Source: Minisyncoccota bacterium (lineage in GTDB: Bacteria; Patescibacteriota; Minisyncoccia; Phycocordibacterales; UBA9973). Taken from it: a stretch of DNA of 64,000 nucleotides. A program made the translations under genes and the position numbers. The DNA lies in assembly GCA_041659785.1 (NCBI GenBank), contig JBAZXO010000001.1, forward strand, positions 241,649-305,648, written 5' to 3'. Below the pieces are notes generated by a model. The model worked only from the letters and a program-made list of their open reading frames with translations, did no database searches and was not told the DNA's origin. Shown here one piece after another: positions 17,889 to 27,141 of the stretch (the stretch's first letter is position 1; each line of letters begins with the position of its first letter).

Positions 17889-19286
17889 TTACCTCAAGTA
17901 TCCTTTTAAAAATTCCTCTTTAAACTCAAAGAATTTATCATCTAAAATTGATTGTCTGATTTTTTTAACTAAATTTACAATAAAATATAAATTATGAATT
18001 GATGCCAGTGTCCCCGCGAGCATTTCTTTGCCATGGAAAAGGTGCGCGATATAGGCGCGAGAGTATCGTGGAGTACCAGAAGTTTCTTTGCGGGGTGTCT
18101 CGCAGGCTGACGAGCCGAGAGGCAGCGCTGTGTCAGCAGACACAGACAGCGACCCCGAAAAGAAATCTTCTGGCGCGGAGCAAACATAACATCCACAATC
18201 ATCTTCGATAGGACCAAGGTCATTTCTGAATTTTGCATTGGTAATTATTATTTTCCCCTTTTTAGTATAAATAGTTCCATTTCTCCCGAGCCGAGTCGGC
18301 AAAACGCAATCAAATAAATCCACACCATTTTCTATGCCCATAAATAAATCTTCTGGCTCACCGATGCCGAGCAAGTGCCTAGGTTTGTCTTCTGGAAGAA
18401 TTTCATTTACCCATTTTACAGCGGTAGACATATCTTCTTTCGCAAAGCTCCCCCCAATACCGAAACCATCGAAATATTTTCCTTCCACATTTATTTCCGA
18501 AATAATTTTCGCAGATTGTTTACGTAAAGATTCTTCTCGCCCACCCTGCACGATACCAAAAAGAGCCGGATCAGAAACAGAAGCGGACGAACGGTCGACG
18601 TTGCGAAGCAGGAGATCCTGAGAATGCTTCTGTTTCTGAGTTAATAATTTTTGATGCTCTCTTAAACTCCTCTCTGCCCAACGATGTGTACGCTCGAGCG
18701 CCTCGCCTTGATATTTCGAATCCTCTGTCGGAGAAGTACATTCATCAAAAGCAAAAATTATATCTGCGCCTAAGTTGTGTTGAATTTGAATTGATTTCTC
18801 GGGAGTGATGTAATGGATAGAGCCGTCCAAGTGAGATTTAAAAGATACACCATCTTGACCAATTTTCGCCAGGCGTGGCGCATCACTGTCGTCAAAACGT
18901 TCAGGGATCAAAAGTGATGGGTCAGTTATTTTCGTAATTTTTGAAATATCTTTCCCGTAGGCAGCACCAAGTGAAAAAACTTGAAACCCTCCACTATCCG
19001 TCATAGTGGGCGCAATACCGCCATCATTTCGCCGCCAATTCATAAAATTACCAATACCTCCTGCGTCACGTACTATCTCGTCGCCTGGCTGTAAATATAA
19101 ATGATAAGTATTACCGAGCACTACTTGCGTGCCAGCATCCCTCACCTGCTCGGGATTTAAAGATTTCACTGTAGCCTTAGTGCCCACAGCGACAAAAGCT
19201 GGAGTTAAAATATCTCCATGCGGAGTAGTTATAATTCCCACCCTTCCCAGACCATCTTTTAATTTTTTTTCTATTTTGAAAATCAC
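17889..19286 (-). CDS. tgt: tRNA-guanine transglycosylase with palindromic in-frame insertions
   Basis: TPAF..GT, LGNTYHL, TDSGGFQV, GIVQGG, DLFDCVLPTR, CGCYVC..H zinc site. Confidence 0.96.
   Translation of the reverse strand: MIFKIEKKLKDGLGRVGIITTPHGDILTPAFVAVGTKATVKSLNPEQVRDAGTQVVLGNTYHLYLQPGDEIVRDAGGIGNFMNWRRNDGGIAPTMTDSGGFQVFSLGAAYGKDISKITKITDPSLLIPERFDDSDAPRLAKIGQDGVSFKSHLDGSIHYITPEKSIQIQHNLGADIIFAFDECTSPTEDSKYQGEALERTHRWAERSLREHQKLLTQKQKHSQDLLLRNVDRSSASVSDPALFGIVQGGREESLRKQSAKIISEINVEGKYFDGFGIGGSFAKEDMSTAVKWVNEILPEDKPRHLLGIGEPEDLFMGIENGVDLFDCVLPTRLGRNGTIYTKKGKIIITNAKFRNDLGPIEDDCGCYVCSAPEDFFSGSLSVSADTALPLGSSACETPRKETSGTPRYSRAYIAHLFHGKEMLAGTLASIHNLYFIVNLVKKIRQSILDDKFFEFKEEFLKGYLR
18076..18173. 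repeat. In-frame branched palindromic insertion in tgt
   Basis: CCAGAAG-TTTCTTT-GCGGGGT ... ACCCCG-AAAAGAAA-T-CTTCTGG with internal hairpins; GC-rich; interrupts CGCYVC..YSRAY. Confidence 0.8.
18571..18639. repeat. In-frame stem-loop element family C in tgt
   Basis: 14-bp perfect IR TCAGAAACAGAAGC/GCTTCTGTTTCTGA around a 35-nt core shared with the trmD element. Confidence 0.88.
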
Positions 19287-19288
19287 TT

Positions 19289-20080
19289 TTATATTTCTAC
19301 TTGCACAAACTTTAGCTCTTGTATATTTACTGGACTTCTTAATAAAAATTTAATAAATGGATCACGTGGATCAGAAATTATTGTCTCGGCAATAGCCAAA
19401 ACATAAGGACTAATACCGGGCAAGACTACTTGATCCCCTTTTTGTAAAATAAAATCCCTAGGTAAAATTATTTCAAAATTTCCCCCACCTCGTCCAACAA
19501 CTTCCATATAAACATCTTTACCTCCTACAATAGCTTGTGTTTTTTCGCCCGAATTTGAGAACAAAACTACTTTGGAAGAATTTTTATAAACTAAGTCTAC
19601 TCGCCCGACAGGTATATCACCCAAAGCAAAAACAATGTCCCCTATTTTTATTCCTTCCTCTGTGCCCGCATCGATGAGTAAACTATCGTAGACACTTCGG
19701 TTTGGTTTAGCTAAAATAGTAGCCAATACCATAGAAACCTTTTCATTTTTTCTACCTAAAATTTCTTTCAAGGAAACATTTTCGTTGGCGATTGAATCAT
19801 AATTTGCCATTCGCAACTCTTCAGCATTTAATTGAGATTTTAAGTTTTGGTTTTCTGTATAGAGAGAACTTTTAGAAATAAAATATGAAATGGTATCTTT
19901 AAATTTTCCTCCGATACTCGTTTCTAAAACTAAAACTGGATGAAAAATTGTTTGACTCACAGCTGAAAATCCATCAAAAACACCGGATCGAAAATAAAAC
20001 AAAACAGCTAAAAACACAACACCGAGTGCAACGTTAAATAACTTTTTTCTTTTTATTTTTTTATCTAGGAGGTAACTCAT
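19289..20080 (-). CDS. mreC: Rod shape-determining protein MreC
   Basis: Follows mreB; TM, coiled coil, IDAG..GIKIGD.V motif. Confidence 0.9.
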   Translation of the reverse strand: MSYLLDKKIKRKKLFNVALGVVFLAVLFYFRSGVFDGFSAVSQTIFHPVLVLETSIGGKFKDTISYFISKSSLYTENQNLKSQLNAEELRMANYDSIANENVSLKEILGRKNEKVSMVLATILAKPNRSVYDSLLIDAGTEEGIKIGDIVFALGDIPVGRVDLVYKNSSKVVLFSNSGEKTQAIVGGKDVYMEVVGRGGGNFEIILPRDFILQKGDQVVLPGISPYVLAIAETIISDPRDPFIKFLLRSPVNIQELKFVQVEI

Positions 20081-21107
20081 CTTGATTCCCTATCAAAACA
20101 TCTTTATAAAGAGGAATATCATCTAATATTACTCCCGTACCTCGAGCGACAGCTGAGAGAGGATCTTCTACGACATAGACTGGGATTTTAAGGACTCTTT
20201 GCAAGAGTTGATCGAGCCCCGGAAGTAAAGCTCCTCCACCAGATAAAGTAATTCCACGATGCATTATGTCGGACAAAATTTCAGGTGGAGTCGTTTCTAG
20301 CATATCTTTTATACCCTCCACTAAACCTTTGATTGATAACGACAATGCTTCACGAATATCAGAATCAGTAACTACCACTTCGCGAGGAAGACCAGTGAGT
20401 AAATCTCGCCCATGGACTTCTGTTTCCATATACTCCCCTGGAGATACTGAACCGATAGCAATCTTTACCATCTCGGCAGTCCGCTCTCCAATTAATATTT
20501 TAAATTCATCACGCATATAAGTGATGATGTCATTATTTAATCTATCGCCAGCTATTTTTAAATTTTTTGATTTTACAATTCCACCGAGAGATATCACCGC
20601 AATGTCCGTCGTGCCACCACCGATATCTATAATCATCGAGCCAACGGGATCTTTGATTGGAAGCCTCACTCCAATAGCAGCAGACATTGGTTCTTCTACT
20701 AAGAAAACTTCTCTTGCCCCTGCACTGCGTGCAGCATCATACACAGCTCGTGATTCAACATTGGTCGTACCTGAAGGTACACCGATGAGGACTCTCGGCC
20801 GTGCTAACTTTTTAGATATTTTATCTGCTTTGTTTATCAAATATGAAAGCATCTCTTCGGTCACTTCGAAATCAGATATGACACCGTCGACGAGAGGACG
20901 AATAGCTCTGATGTGTCCTGGAGTTCGGCCAAGCATTTCTTTTGCTTGTGCGCCGACAGCCAAGATTTGATTAGTCTTAATATTTACTGCAACGACAGAA
21001 GGTTCATTGATCACGATACCGTGACCTTTTAAATACACCAAAGTATTACTTGTACCCAAGTCTATACCAATGTCATTAGAAATTAATTTGTAAAATTTTT
21101 CAAACAT
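20061..21107 (-). CDS. mreB: Rod shape-determining protein MreB
   Basis: IGIDLGTSNT, EPSVVA, RPLVDGVI, DIGGGTTD, LSGGGALL. Confidence 0.97.
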   Translation of the reverse strand: MFEKFYKLISNDIGIDLGTSNTLVYLKGHGIVINEPSVVAVNIKTNQILAVGAQAKEMLGRTPGHIRAIRPLVDGVISDFEVTEEMLSYLINKADKISKKLARPRVLIGVPSGTTNVESRAVYDAARSAGAREVFLVEEPMSAAIGVRLPIKDPVGSMIIDIGGGTTDIAVISLGGIVKSKNLKIAGDRLNNDIITYMRDEFKILIGERTAEMVKIAIGSVSPGEYMETEVHGRDLLTGLPREVVVTDSDIREALSLSIKGLVEGIKDMLETTPPEILSDIMHRGITLSGGGALLPGLDQLLQRVLKIPVYVVEDPLSAVARGTGVILDDIPLYKDVLIGNQDELPPR

Positions 21108-21109
21108 AT

Positions 21110-22381
21110 TTATGCGTTCTTCTCTTTAAGTATTTTTAATAATTCATCGAGCAATACAATCTTCCCTTTCTCTTCTGTGCGCTTTTTTAATTCTATGCCC
21201 CCTACTGATGAGTCCTTCATACTTCTTGCGGAGACAACAGCACGAAAAGGAATACCGAGTAAATCTGCATCAGAAAACTTTTCTCCAGCAGACAAATCTT
21301 TTCTATCATCAAATAAAACTTCCACACCTGCCTTGAGCAAGCTCTCGTAAACTTTTTCTGCTTCTTTCAAGACTGCCTTATCTTCTCCTAGAGAAAGTAA
21401 ATGAACAGTAAATGGTGCGATGGATTCTGGCCAAACCATACCTTTATCATCAGATAAGACTTCCACCACTGTACCCATCAATCTTCCTAAGCCAATACCA
21501 TAAGATCCCATCACCACTAATTTTTCTTCACCATTTTCATTTTTGTATTTTAGGTCAAAAGGTTCTGAAAACTTTGTTCCAAGTGAAAAGATATTGCCTA
21601 CTTCGACTGCTCTTTTTTCAACTAAATTTTCTTTGTTTAATTTAAGCTCTGCAATAACTTCGTCGTTATAAACCTCTTTGTTTATAGCGATACCTGAATT
21701 TTCATCTAAGTAAACAGTATCCTCTCCAACAGAAGTTATCGTTTGAAATTCGTGAGAAAATTTTGAAAAAGTTCCCCCAGAAGCAAAAGTCACATAAGTT
21801 AAGTGCCCAATGCCAACTCTTTTAAAAATATTTTGATAAGCTATTTTCGCTTTTTCATAAAAAACATTGTGCTCTTCCTCGTCCTTCGTAAAAGAATAAA
21901 GAGCTTTCCAATAGAACTCTCTGCCTCTCATTATTCCAGATTTACTCCTTGTTTCATTTCGAAAAATATTTTTAAAGTCGTATGGGAAAATTGGTAAATC
22001 TTTATAAGAGCTCACATATTGTTTTAAAATATTTGAATAAGCTTCTTCGTTAGTAAACGACAAACCAACTTCTCCACCATTTTTTAATTTTGTTTTAAAC
22101 CAAGTATCGACAACTTCATCACTCCATCTGTTCGATTTTTCCCAAACTTCTTTATTTTGAAGCACAGAAGTTCTCATTTCGGTTCCACCAATTTTATCCA
22201 TCTCATCTCTAATTATATTTTCTACCTTATTCAAGACACGTAAACCAAGAGGCAAAAATGAGTATACGCCAGCCATCTCTTTATGAATAAAGCCACCCCT
22301 TATTAAGAGTTCCGCGTTTTTAGAGGTTTCGTCTGCTGGGGCCTCTTTCCTGGTTTTAGTAAAAAGTTTAGATTGTCTCAT
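21110..22381 (-). CDS. proS: Proline--tRNA ligase (short form lacking the editing insertion)
   Basis: MRQSKLF..LLIRGGFI, FRNETR..GIMRGREF, EVGNIFSLGTKFS, MGSYGIGLGR, GEKFSDADLLGIP. Confidence 0.95.
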   Translation of the reverse strand: MRQSKLFTKTRKEAPADETSKNAELLIRGGFIHKEMAGVYSFLPLGLRVLNKVENIIRDEMDKIGGTEMRTSVLQNKEVWEKSNRWSDEVVDTWFKTKLKNGGEVGLSFTNEEAYSNILKQYVSSYKDLPIFPYDFKNIFRNETRSKSGIMRGREFYWKALYSFTKDEEEHNVFYEKAKIAYQNIFKRVGIGHLTYVTFASGGTFSKFSHEFQTITSVGEDTVYLDENSGIAINKEVYNDEVIAELKLNKENLVEKRAVEVGNIFSLGTKFSEPFDLKYKNENGEEKLVVMGSYGIGLGRLMGTVVEVLSDDKGMVWPESIAPFTVHLLSLGEDKAVLKEAEKVYESLLKAGVEVLFDDRKDLSAGEKFSDADLLGIPFRAVVSARSMKDSSVGGIELKKRTEEKGKIVLLDELLKILKEKNA

Positions 22382-22422
22382 GCGTTCATACTACCCGAAA
22401 AAACTCCTTTTGGCAAAGTTAA

Positions 22423-22522
22423 AATTCCCCTCTTGAGGGGTGGCTCGTTTACGAGACGGGGTGGAATTATTGTCCACCTCCCCCTGAGGCAAAGCCTCAG
22501 GGTACTCCTCAAGAGAAGAATT
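22423..22522. repeat. Multi-hairpin dispersed repeat family B between divergent proS and rpsB
   Basis: Block-wise similarity to 3349-3429, with an extra CCCTGAGGC aaa GCCTCAGGG hairpin. Confidence 0.85.
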
Positions 22523-22525
22523 TAT

Positions 22526-22554
22526 TTGCAAAATAACGAGCTTTCTGTTATATT
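22526..22554 (+). promoter_or_regulatory. Sigma70 promoter of rpsB-tsf (probably leaderless)
   Basis: TTGCAA-17-(TGt)TATATT, 7 nt before ATG 22562. Confidence 0.65.
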
Positions 22555-22561
22555 AATTCAT

Positions 22562-23287
22562 ATGCAAAAAGTAGAAAAGAAGATTGAGGCAGATACAATA
22601 ATAGAAAAAATGTTCAAGGCCGGAGCACATTATGGCTACAGCAAAACCAGAAGACACCCTTCTGTTTCTAAATACATATATGCCACAAAGAATAAGGGCG
22701 ACATCATCAACCTCGAAAAAACAAACGAGATGTTGGATGAAGCTACCCTTTTTATAAAAAACCTAGGAGCTCAAAACAAAACAGTCCTTTTCGTGGGCAC
22801 AAAACCTGAGGCTAAGGTTGCAATAAAAAATGTAGCAGAATCTTTAAACATGCCTTACGTTATAGAGAGATGGATAGGAGGCACACTTTCAAACTTCACA
22901 GAAATAAAAAAGAGAATTACAGAACTTGAAAATTATCAAAAGGATAGTATTGGTGGAGGACTTGATAAATATACCAAGAAAGAACGCGTAGTTATGGCCA
23001 AGAAAATGGAAAAGTTGGCAAGGTACTACACTGGTTTACTCGGCCTCAAGAAAGCCCCAGATGCACTATTTATCATAGATGCAAAGGCTGAACATATAGC
23101 AGCTACTGAAGCTCGAAAGTCTCATATCCCTGTTATTTCCTTGATTAATTCTGATTCAAATATAAAAGGACTTGATTACCCTATCGTCGCCAATGACTCA
23201 GGTATTCCATCTATCAAATTTTTTGCTAATGCTGTTTTGGAGGCTTATAGAGAAGGTCAAAACTCCACACCAGAAAAGAAATCATAA
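22562..23287 (+). CDS. rpsB: 30S ribosomal protein S2
   Basis: AGAHYG, LFVGTK, RWIGGTLSNF, IVANDS; start moved to ATG 22562. Confidence 0.96.
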   Translation: MQKVEKKIEADTIIEKMFKAGAHYGYSKTRRHPSVSKYIYATKNKGDIINLEKTNEMLDEATLFIKNLGAQNKTVLFVGTKPEAKVAIKNVAESLNMPYVIERWIGGTLSNFTEIKKRITELENYQKDSIGGGLDKYTKKERVVMAKKMEKLARYYTGLLGLKKAPDALFIIDAKAEHIAATEARKSHIPVISLINSDSNIKGLDYPIVANDSGIPSIKFFANAVLEAYREGQNSTPEKKS

Positions 23288-23292
23288 ATCTT

Positions 23293-24069
23293 ATGTCTAT
23301 TCAAATCACTACAGAGCAAGTAAAAGAGCTCAGGGATGCAACGGGTATTTCCGTAATGCAATGCAAACGTGCCCTAGAAGAAGCTGAGGGTAATATGGAG
23401 AAAGCTTTAGCTATCTTAAAAAAGACAAGCTCTGACATCGCACTCAAAAAAGCTGACCGATCTTTAAACAGTGGATCAGTCATGATAAAAGGTGAAAATA
23501 ATAAAGCTGTATTAGTGGGGCTACTCTGCGAGACTGATTTCGTTGCTAAAAACGAAGATTTTATAAATCTTTTATTTAAACTTACCGAGAAAGCTTTCAC
23601 TGATGGTGTAGAAAAGATGAAGGCAGAAGCAAAAGAAATGATCGATGCTATCATCCAAAAGACAGGAGAAAATATTCAACTTGGTGATGTATATGAAGTA
23701 TCTGGAGATGTTCTAGGAAATTATGTTCATAATAACAAGGTAGGTATCATCGTTTCATTAGAGGGGGGCAATAAAGAACTTGCTAAAGATATAGCTATGC
23801 ACATCACAGCTATGAAGCCAGAATATATTACAGAAATAGAAATAACTCCTGAAACTAAAAAAACAATGCAGGAAATTTTTGAAAAAGAAGTTGCATCCAT
23901 AGATAAGCCTGCAGAGATAAAAGCAAAGATGCTTGCTGGAAAAATGGCTACATATTTCAAAGAGAAGACCTTGCTTGACCAAATATTCATTAAGGGAGAA
24001 GAGACAGTAGGTAAACTTTTGGAAAAGAATAAGGCAAAAATCAAAGAAGTAAAACGTTATTCGATATAA
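23293..24069 (+). CDS. tsf: Elongation factor Ts
   Basis: VKELRDATG..MQCKRALEE, CETDFVAKN, DIAMHI. Confidence 0.97.
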   Translation: MSIQITTEQVKELRDATGISVMQCKRALEEAEGNMEKALAILKKTSSDIALKKADRSLNSGSVMIKGENNKAVLVGLLCETDFVAKNEDFINLLFKLTEKAFTDGVEKMKAEAKEMIDAIIQKTGENIQLGDVYEVSGDVLGNYVHNNKVGIIVSLEGGNKELAKDIAMHITAMKPEYITEIEITPETKKTMQEIFEKEVASIDKPAEIKAKMLAGKMATYFKEKTLLDQIFIKGEETVGKLLEKNKAKIKEVKRYSI

Positions 24070-24082
24070 GTAAAAAAAAATT

Positions 24083-24502
24083 ATGTATTTCCTTTTAATT
24101 TTGTTTTTTGGATCACTTCTTGGAATCACTTTTATGATTGGAAGAAAATTACTGCTACTCCAAAACGGAGAGATGACATACAAGGATAGTGCCGAAACTT
24201 TCTTGAAGGTTCAGTATTTAGAAGAATTGAAACATGAAGCCTTAAAAAATATAAAAAAACATAGCTATATAGGGTTAGTAACTGCTATCAGATTGTACGT
24301 TCGATCTTCTAACCTTTTAAAAAATAAATATCAAGAAGCAAAAGTTAAAGTAAACGAAAAATTAAGTAAATACGGGAGTCGCAAGAATGGCGACCTGCAG
24401 GAGAGACAGGAAGTAAATAAGTTTCTGAAGATGATTTCGGATTATAAATACAAGATCAGAGCAATAAAGCATAAGATAAAAGAGGAAGAAGAGAATTTGT
24501 AA
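24083..24502 (+). CDS. Hypothetical membrane-anchored protein
   Basis: 139 aa, N-terminal TM, downstream of tsf. Confidence 0.7.
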   Translation: MYFLLILFFGSLLGITFMIGRKLLLLQNGEMTYKDSAETFLKVQYLEELKHEALKNIKKHSYIGLVTAIRLYVRSSNLLKNKYQEAKVKVNEKLSKYGSRKNGDLQERQEVNKFLKMISDYKYKIRAIKHKIKEEEENL

Positions 24503-24522
24503 GTGTGTTAGAATAGTTTATC

Positions 24523-24595
24523 GCCGGCATAGCTCAGTTGGTAGAGCACTTCTTTTGTAAAGAAGATGTCCGGGGTTCGATCCCTCGTGCCGGCT
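24523..24595 (+). tRNA. tRNA-Thr(TGT)
   Basis: GCCGGCA/TGCCGGC acceptor, CTTCT TTTGTAA AGAAG anticodon arm, GGTTCGATCC T-loop. Confidence 0.96.
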
Positions 24596-24621
24596 CCCTT
24601 AAAAAACTAAAATTTAAAAGA

Positions 24622-25320
24622 CTATTTTGTCTTTATTTTATCTGTTGGGATTGTTTGAAGTTTAAAAGAATCTTTAATACGAGCTTCTAAGTCCTCTATG
24701 GTATGGAAACCGGTAAGAACACTGTCATCAATAACTAATGCCGGAAGCACCGTATCTTTTATTTTATATATTTGAAGCATTGAAGTGATTGCAGAAAGAT
24801 CAGTACTATAATCAAAAGAATACACTCGAAGTTCTGGATATTCTGTACGCAATGTTGATAGCACGAGACTCTCCTTCTCACACTCACTACAATTGTCTGC
24901 TGTCGTATAGAAATAAAGAATAAATGCTGTTTTTACTCCACAACGAGCAGAAATCTTTTTTGCTAATAAATAATCTTTAATCTGCAACAATGCATAGTAT
25001 TTTTTCAAATATGATACCTCGGCTGTAGAGCCTAAGTTGTTTTGGCTCCATTCAAGCTTTGTGCCCAGCTCTCCGAGCTCGCTAGAAAAAACAGAGTCCG
25101 AAATATTTTTACAAGAAAGCTCAGACAATAATGAAAATTGGGTTTCTGAAGAAAGAATATCGATGGCTATCTTATCTTGAATATTTTTTAATTGGTCAAT
25201 TTTTTGATTACCAAAAAAATTACTCAAATAAATAGCAGTAAAAAAAAGACCTACTGTAATCAAAAAGACAATAAAATATTTTTTCCAATCAAAATTGTTA
25301 TTCATATCTTTTATCTCCAA
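24622..25320 (-). CDS. Hypothetical membrane protein with thioredoxin-like CxxC C-terminal domain
   Basis: N-terminal TM; ILYFY..CSEC..LRVYSFD..PALVI. Confidence 0.7.
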   Translation of the reverse strand: MEIKDMNNNFDWKKYFIVFLITVGLFFTAIYLSNFFGNQKIDQLKNIQDKIAIDILSSETQFSLLSELSCKNISDSVFSSELGELGTKLEWSQNNLGSTAEVSYLKKYYALLQIKDYLLAKKISARCGVKTAFILYFYTTADNCSECEKESLVLSTLRTEYPELRVYSFDYSTDLSAITSMLQIYKIKDTVLPALVIDDSVLTGFHTIEDLEARIKDSFKLQTIPTDKIKTK

Positions 25321-26555
25321 GATGGCTTTCTAGATATAATCGTATTATAAATCCCATTCAAAAGTCCAAATGGAGCAATTATTCCGAAAACTGGAAAGAA
25401 ATAAAGTACTTTAAAAGAAAAAGAACTTTTTTCTTTACTCATCCTTCTTCCGAAAATGATTGCGAAAATCACCAATAAATATATAACAAAAGCGATAAAT
25501 GTAAAAGATTGTGTATTTATAAAGAATGGATCAAAAATAAAACTCTTCATTTTAAAATTAAAACCAATTGCGTTAAATTGTAAAACTTTTAAATATAAAA
25601 AGTGAGCAAAATGATAGACCATTTGTCCAAAAAGATAGCTAACGGAAAGAGCTGACACTATAGCAAGAGGCAATGTAAACGTAGCAAAATTACCATATTT
25701 TTTTCGTAACAACACTCCTCTATAGTCTATGGCATTATTAATAAAACCATAGATCCAACGTAACCTTTGTTTATAAAGTTTTTTTACTGTATTGGGTGTA
25801 TTGGTATAAACAAAAGCGTCATTACAATGATCTATTTTATAGTTATTTTTCTGCATACGAAAAGCAATCTCCATGTCTTCAGTATTGTGACCATGTCGAT
25901 AAGGACCTAGATTATCAAATACTTTTCTACGGAAAACAGTAAGTGGTCCCGGGGTTACGTTTATGGCTCCTAAAAATCCAAGCATTTTCTTCAAATAAAC
26001 ACCCATATTGTATTCAGCTTTCTGTGCATTTTGAACAATGTTTCTTGGGTTGTCCACAACCACAGAAGGAGCGACGGCCATAGTCTCTCCATCCTTTTCG
26101 AAATAACTCATAATACGTACGAGAGATTCCCTATCCGCAAAAGAGTCAGCGTCTAAGCATCCGAAAAAGTCAGTCTCTAAATTTTCTAATGCTAAGTTTA
26201 GGGCAGTGTGTTTCCCTCCGTTTTCTTTATGAAAAACTTTTATATTAGTATATTCAGTAAATTTATTTATTACATTCCACGTATCATCAGTAGAACCATC
26301 GTCAATAAGAAATATTTTTAATTTATCTTTTGGGTAATTTAAATCTAAAAGAGAGTGAACACTTTTCTCAACTGTATTTTCTTCGTTCCAACAAGGCATA
26401 GCAATAGTGACAGCTGGATAGTTATCTAATTTTATTTCTCCGTTTCTGGTGACTATCTTTTTTCTATTTTCAAGAAAAGTCACAAAATAAAACACCTGCC
26501 CGTAGACAGACAAAAATACTAGTATGTAGAATATAATATTTAAAATCAAAGCCAT
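25311..26555 (-). CDS. Processive family-2 glycosyltransferase (PgaC/IcaA-like)
   Basis: PCWNEE, DDGSTD, LDAD, TEDM, QRLRW motifs plus TM helices. Confidence 0.92.
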   Translation of the reverse strand: MALILNIIFYILVFLSVYGQVFYFVTFLENRKKIVTRNGEIKLDNYPAVTIAMPCWNEENTVEKSVHSLLDLNYPKDKLKIFLIDDGSTDDTWNVINKFTEYTNIKVFHKENGGKHTALNLALENLETDFFGCLDADSFADRESLVRIMSYFEKDGETMAVAPSVVVDNPRNIVQNAQKAEYNMGVYLKKMLGFLGAINVTPGPLTVFRRKVFDNLGPYRHGHNTEDMEIAFRMQKNNYKIDHCNDAFVYTNTPNTVKKLYKQRLRWIYGFINNAIDYRGVLLRKKYGNFATFTLPLAIVSALSVSYLFGQMVYHFAHFLYLKVLQFNAIGFNFKMKSFIFDPFFINTQSFTFIAFVIYLLVIFAIIFGRRMSKEKSSFSFKVLYFFPVFGIIAPFGLLNGIYNTIISRKPSWR

Positions 26556-26594
26556 ATAACCCCTCTAGTATAACATTTTATGAGCAAAAAGTAA

Positions 26595-26623
26595 ATCCGC
26601 ACACTTAAATTAAGTGTGCGGAT
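26595..26623. repeat. Perfect palindrome, CACACTTA family
   Basis: ATCCGCACACTTAA a TTAAGTGTGCGGAT. Confidence 0.8.
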
Positions 26624-26676
26624 AAATTAAAAAACCTCCCTTTTAGAGAGAAGTTTTTTAAGAAAATAAAAGAAAA

Positions 26677-27003
26677 TTACATCTTTCCTTCCATTTTTGA
26701 ATCAGAAGCTCCTGCTGCACAAGCTGCACAAGCCTCCATACACTTTTTGCATTTACAACCAAAAATTTTCAACACAGCTGCAATACCTACAAGTACATAG
26801 ACAATAGCTTCTACCTTAGGCCAAGAACCTAATAACATATTGACGACATTAAGATTACTACCTATCAACATTCCGACACCTACCAAGCCCCAATTCAAAC
26901 CTCCTATCCACAATAAAACTTTAGAAGTTTTATGTACTGCGCAACCACCTCCACATTTTCCACCATTACACATATGACACATATATTTTTTATTTCGTCC
27001 CAT
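26677..27003 (-). CDS. DUF378-family small membrane protein with Cys-rich termini
   Basis: IGGLNWGLVG..NVV..LG..IVYVLVGIAAV signature. Confidence 0.85.
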   Translation of the reverse strand: MGRNKKYMCHMCNGGKCGGGCAVHKTSKVLLWIGGLNWGLVGVGMLIGSNLNVVNMLLGSWPKVEAIVYVLVGIAAVLKIFGCKCKKCMEACAACAAGASDSKMEGKM

Positions 27004-27141
27004 CTTTTAAACAGGACAATTAACTAATAATAAAGACCTTTGTATTAATACTGGTATTATACCATAATCAAAAAATATGCTACAATAGCGTATTACAAAT
27101 TATAAATTACGAAGGACGGACTTTCGTAAAACAACGAAAAT

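Noticed and set aside
18076-18639. Inteins or group I/II introns as the tgt insertions
   Set aside because: Far too short, no intein terminal residues or ribozyme core motifs; frame is preserved without splicing
22373-22561. 63-aa N-terminal extension of RpsB in the ORF track
   Set aside because: It reads through repeat family B and overlaps the proS start; a good promoter sits right before ATG 22562
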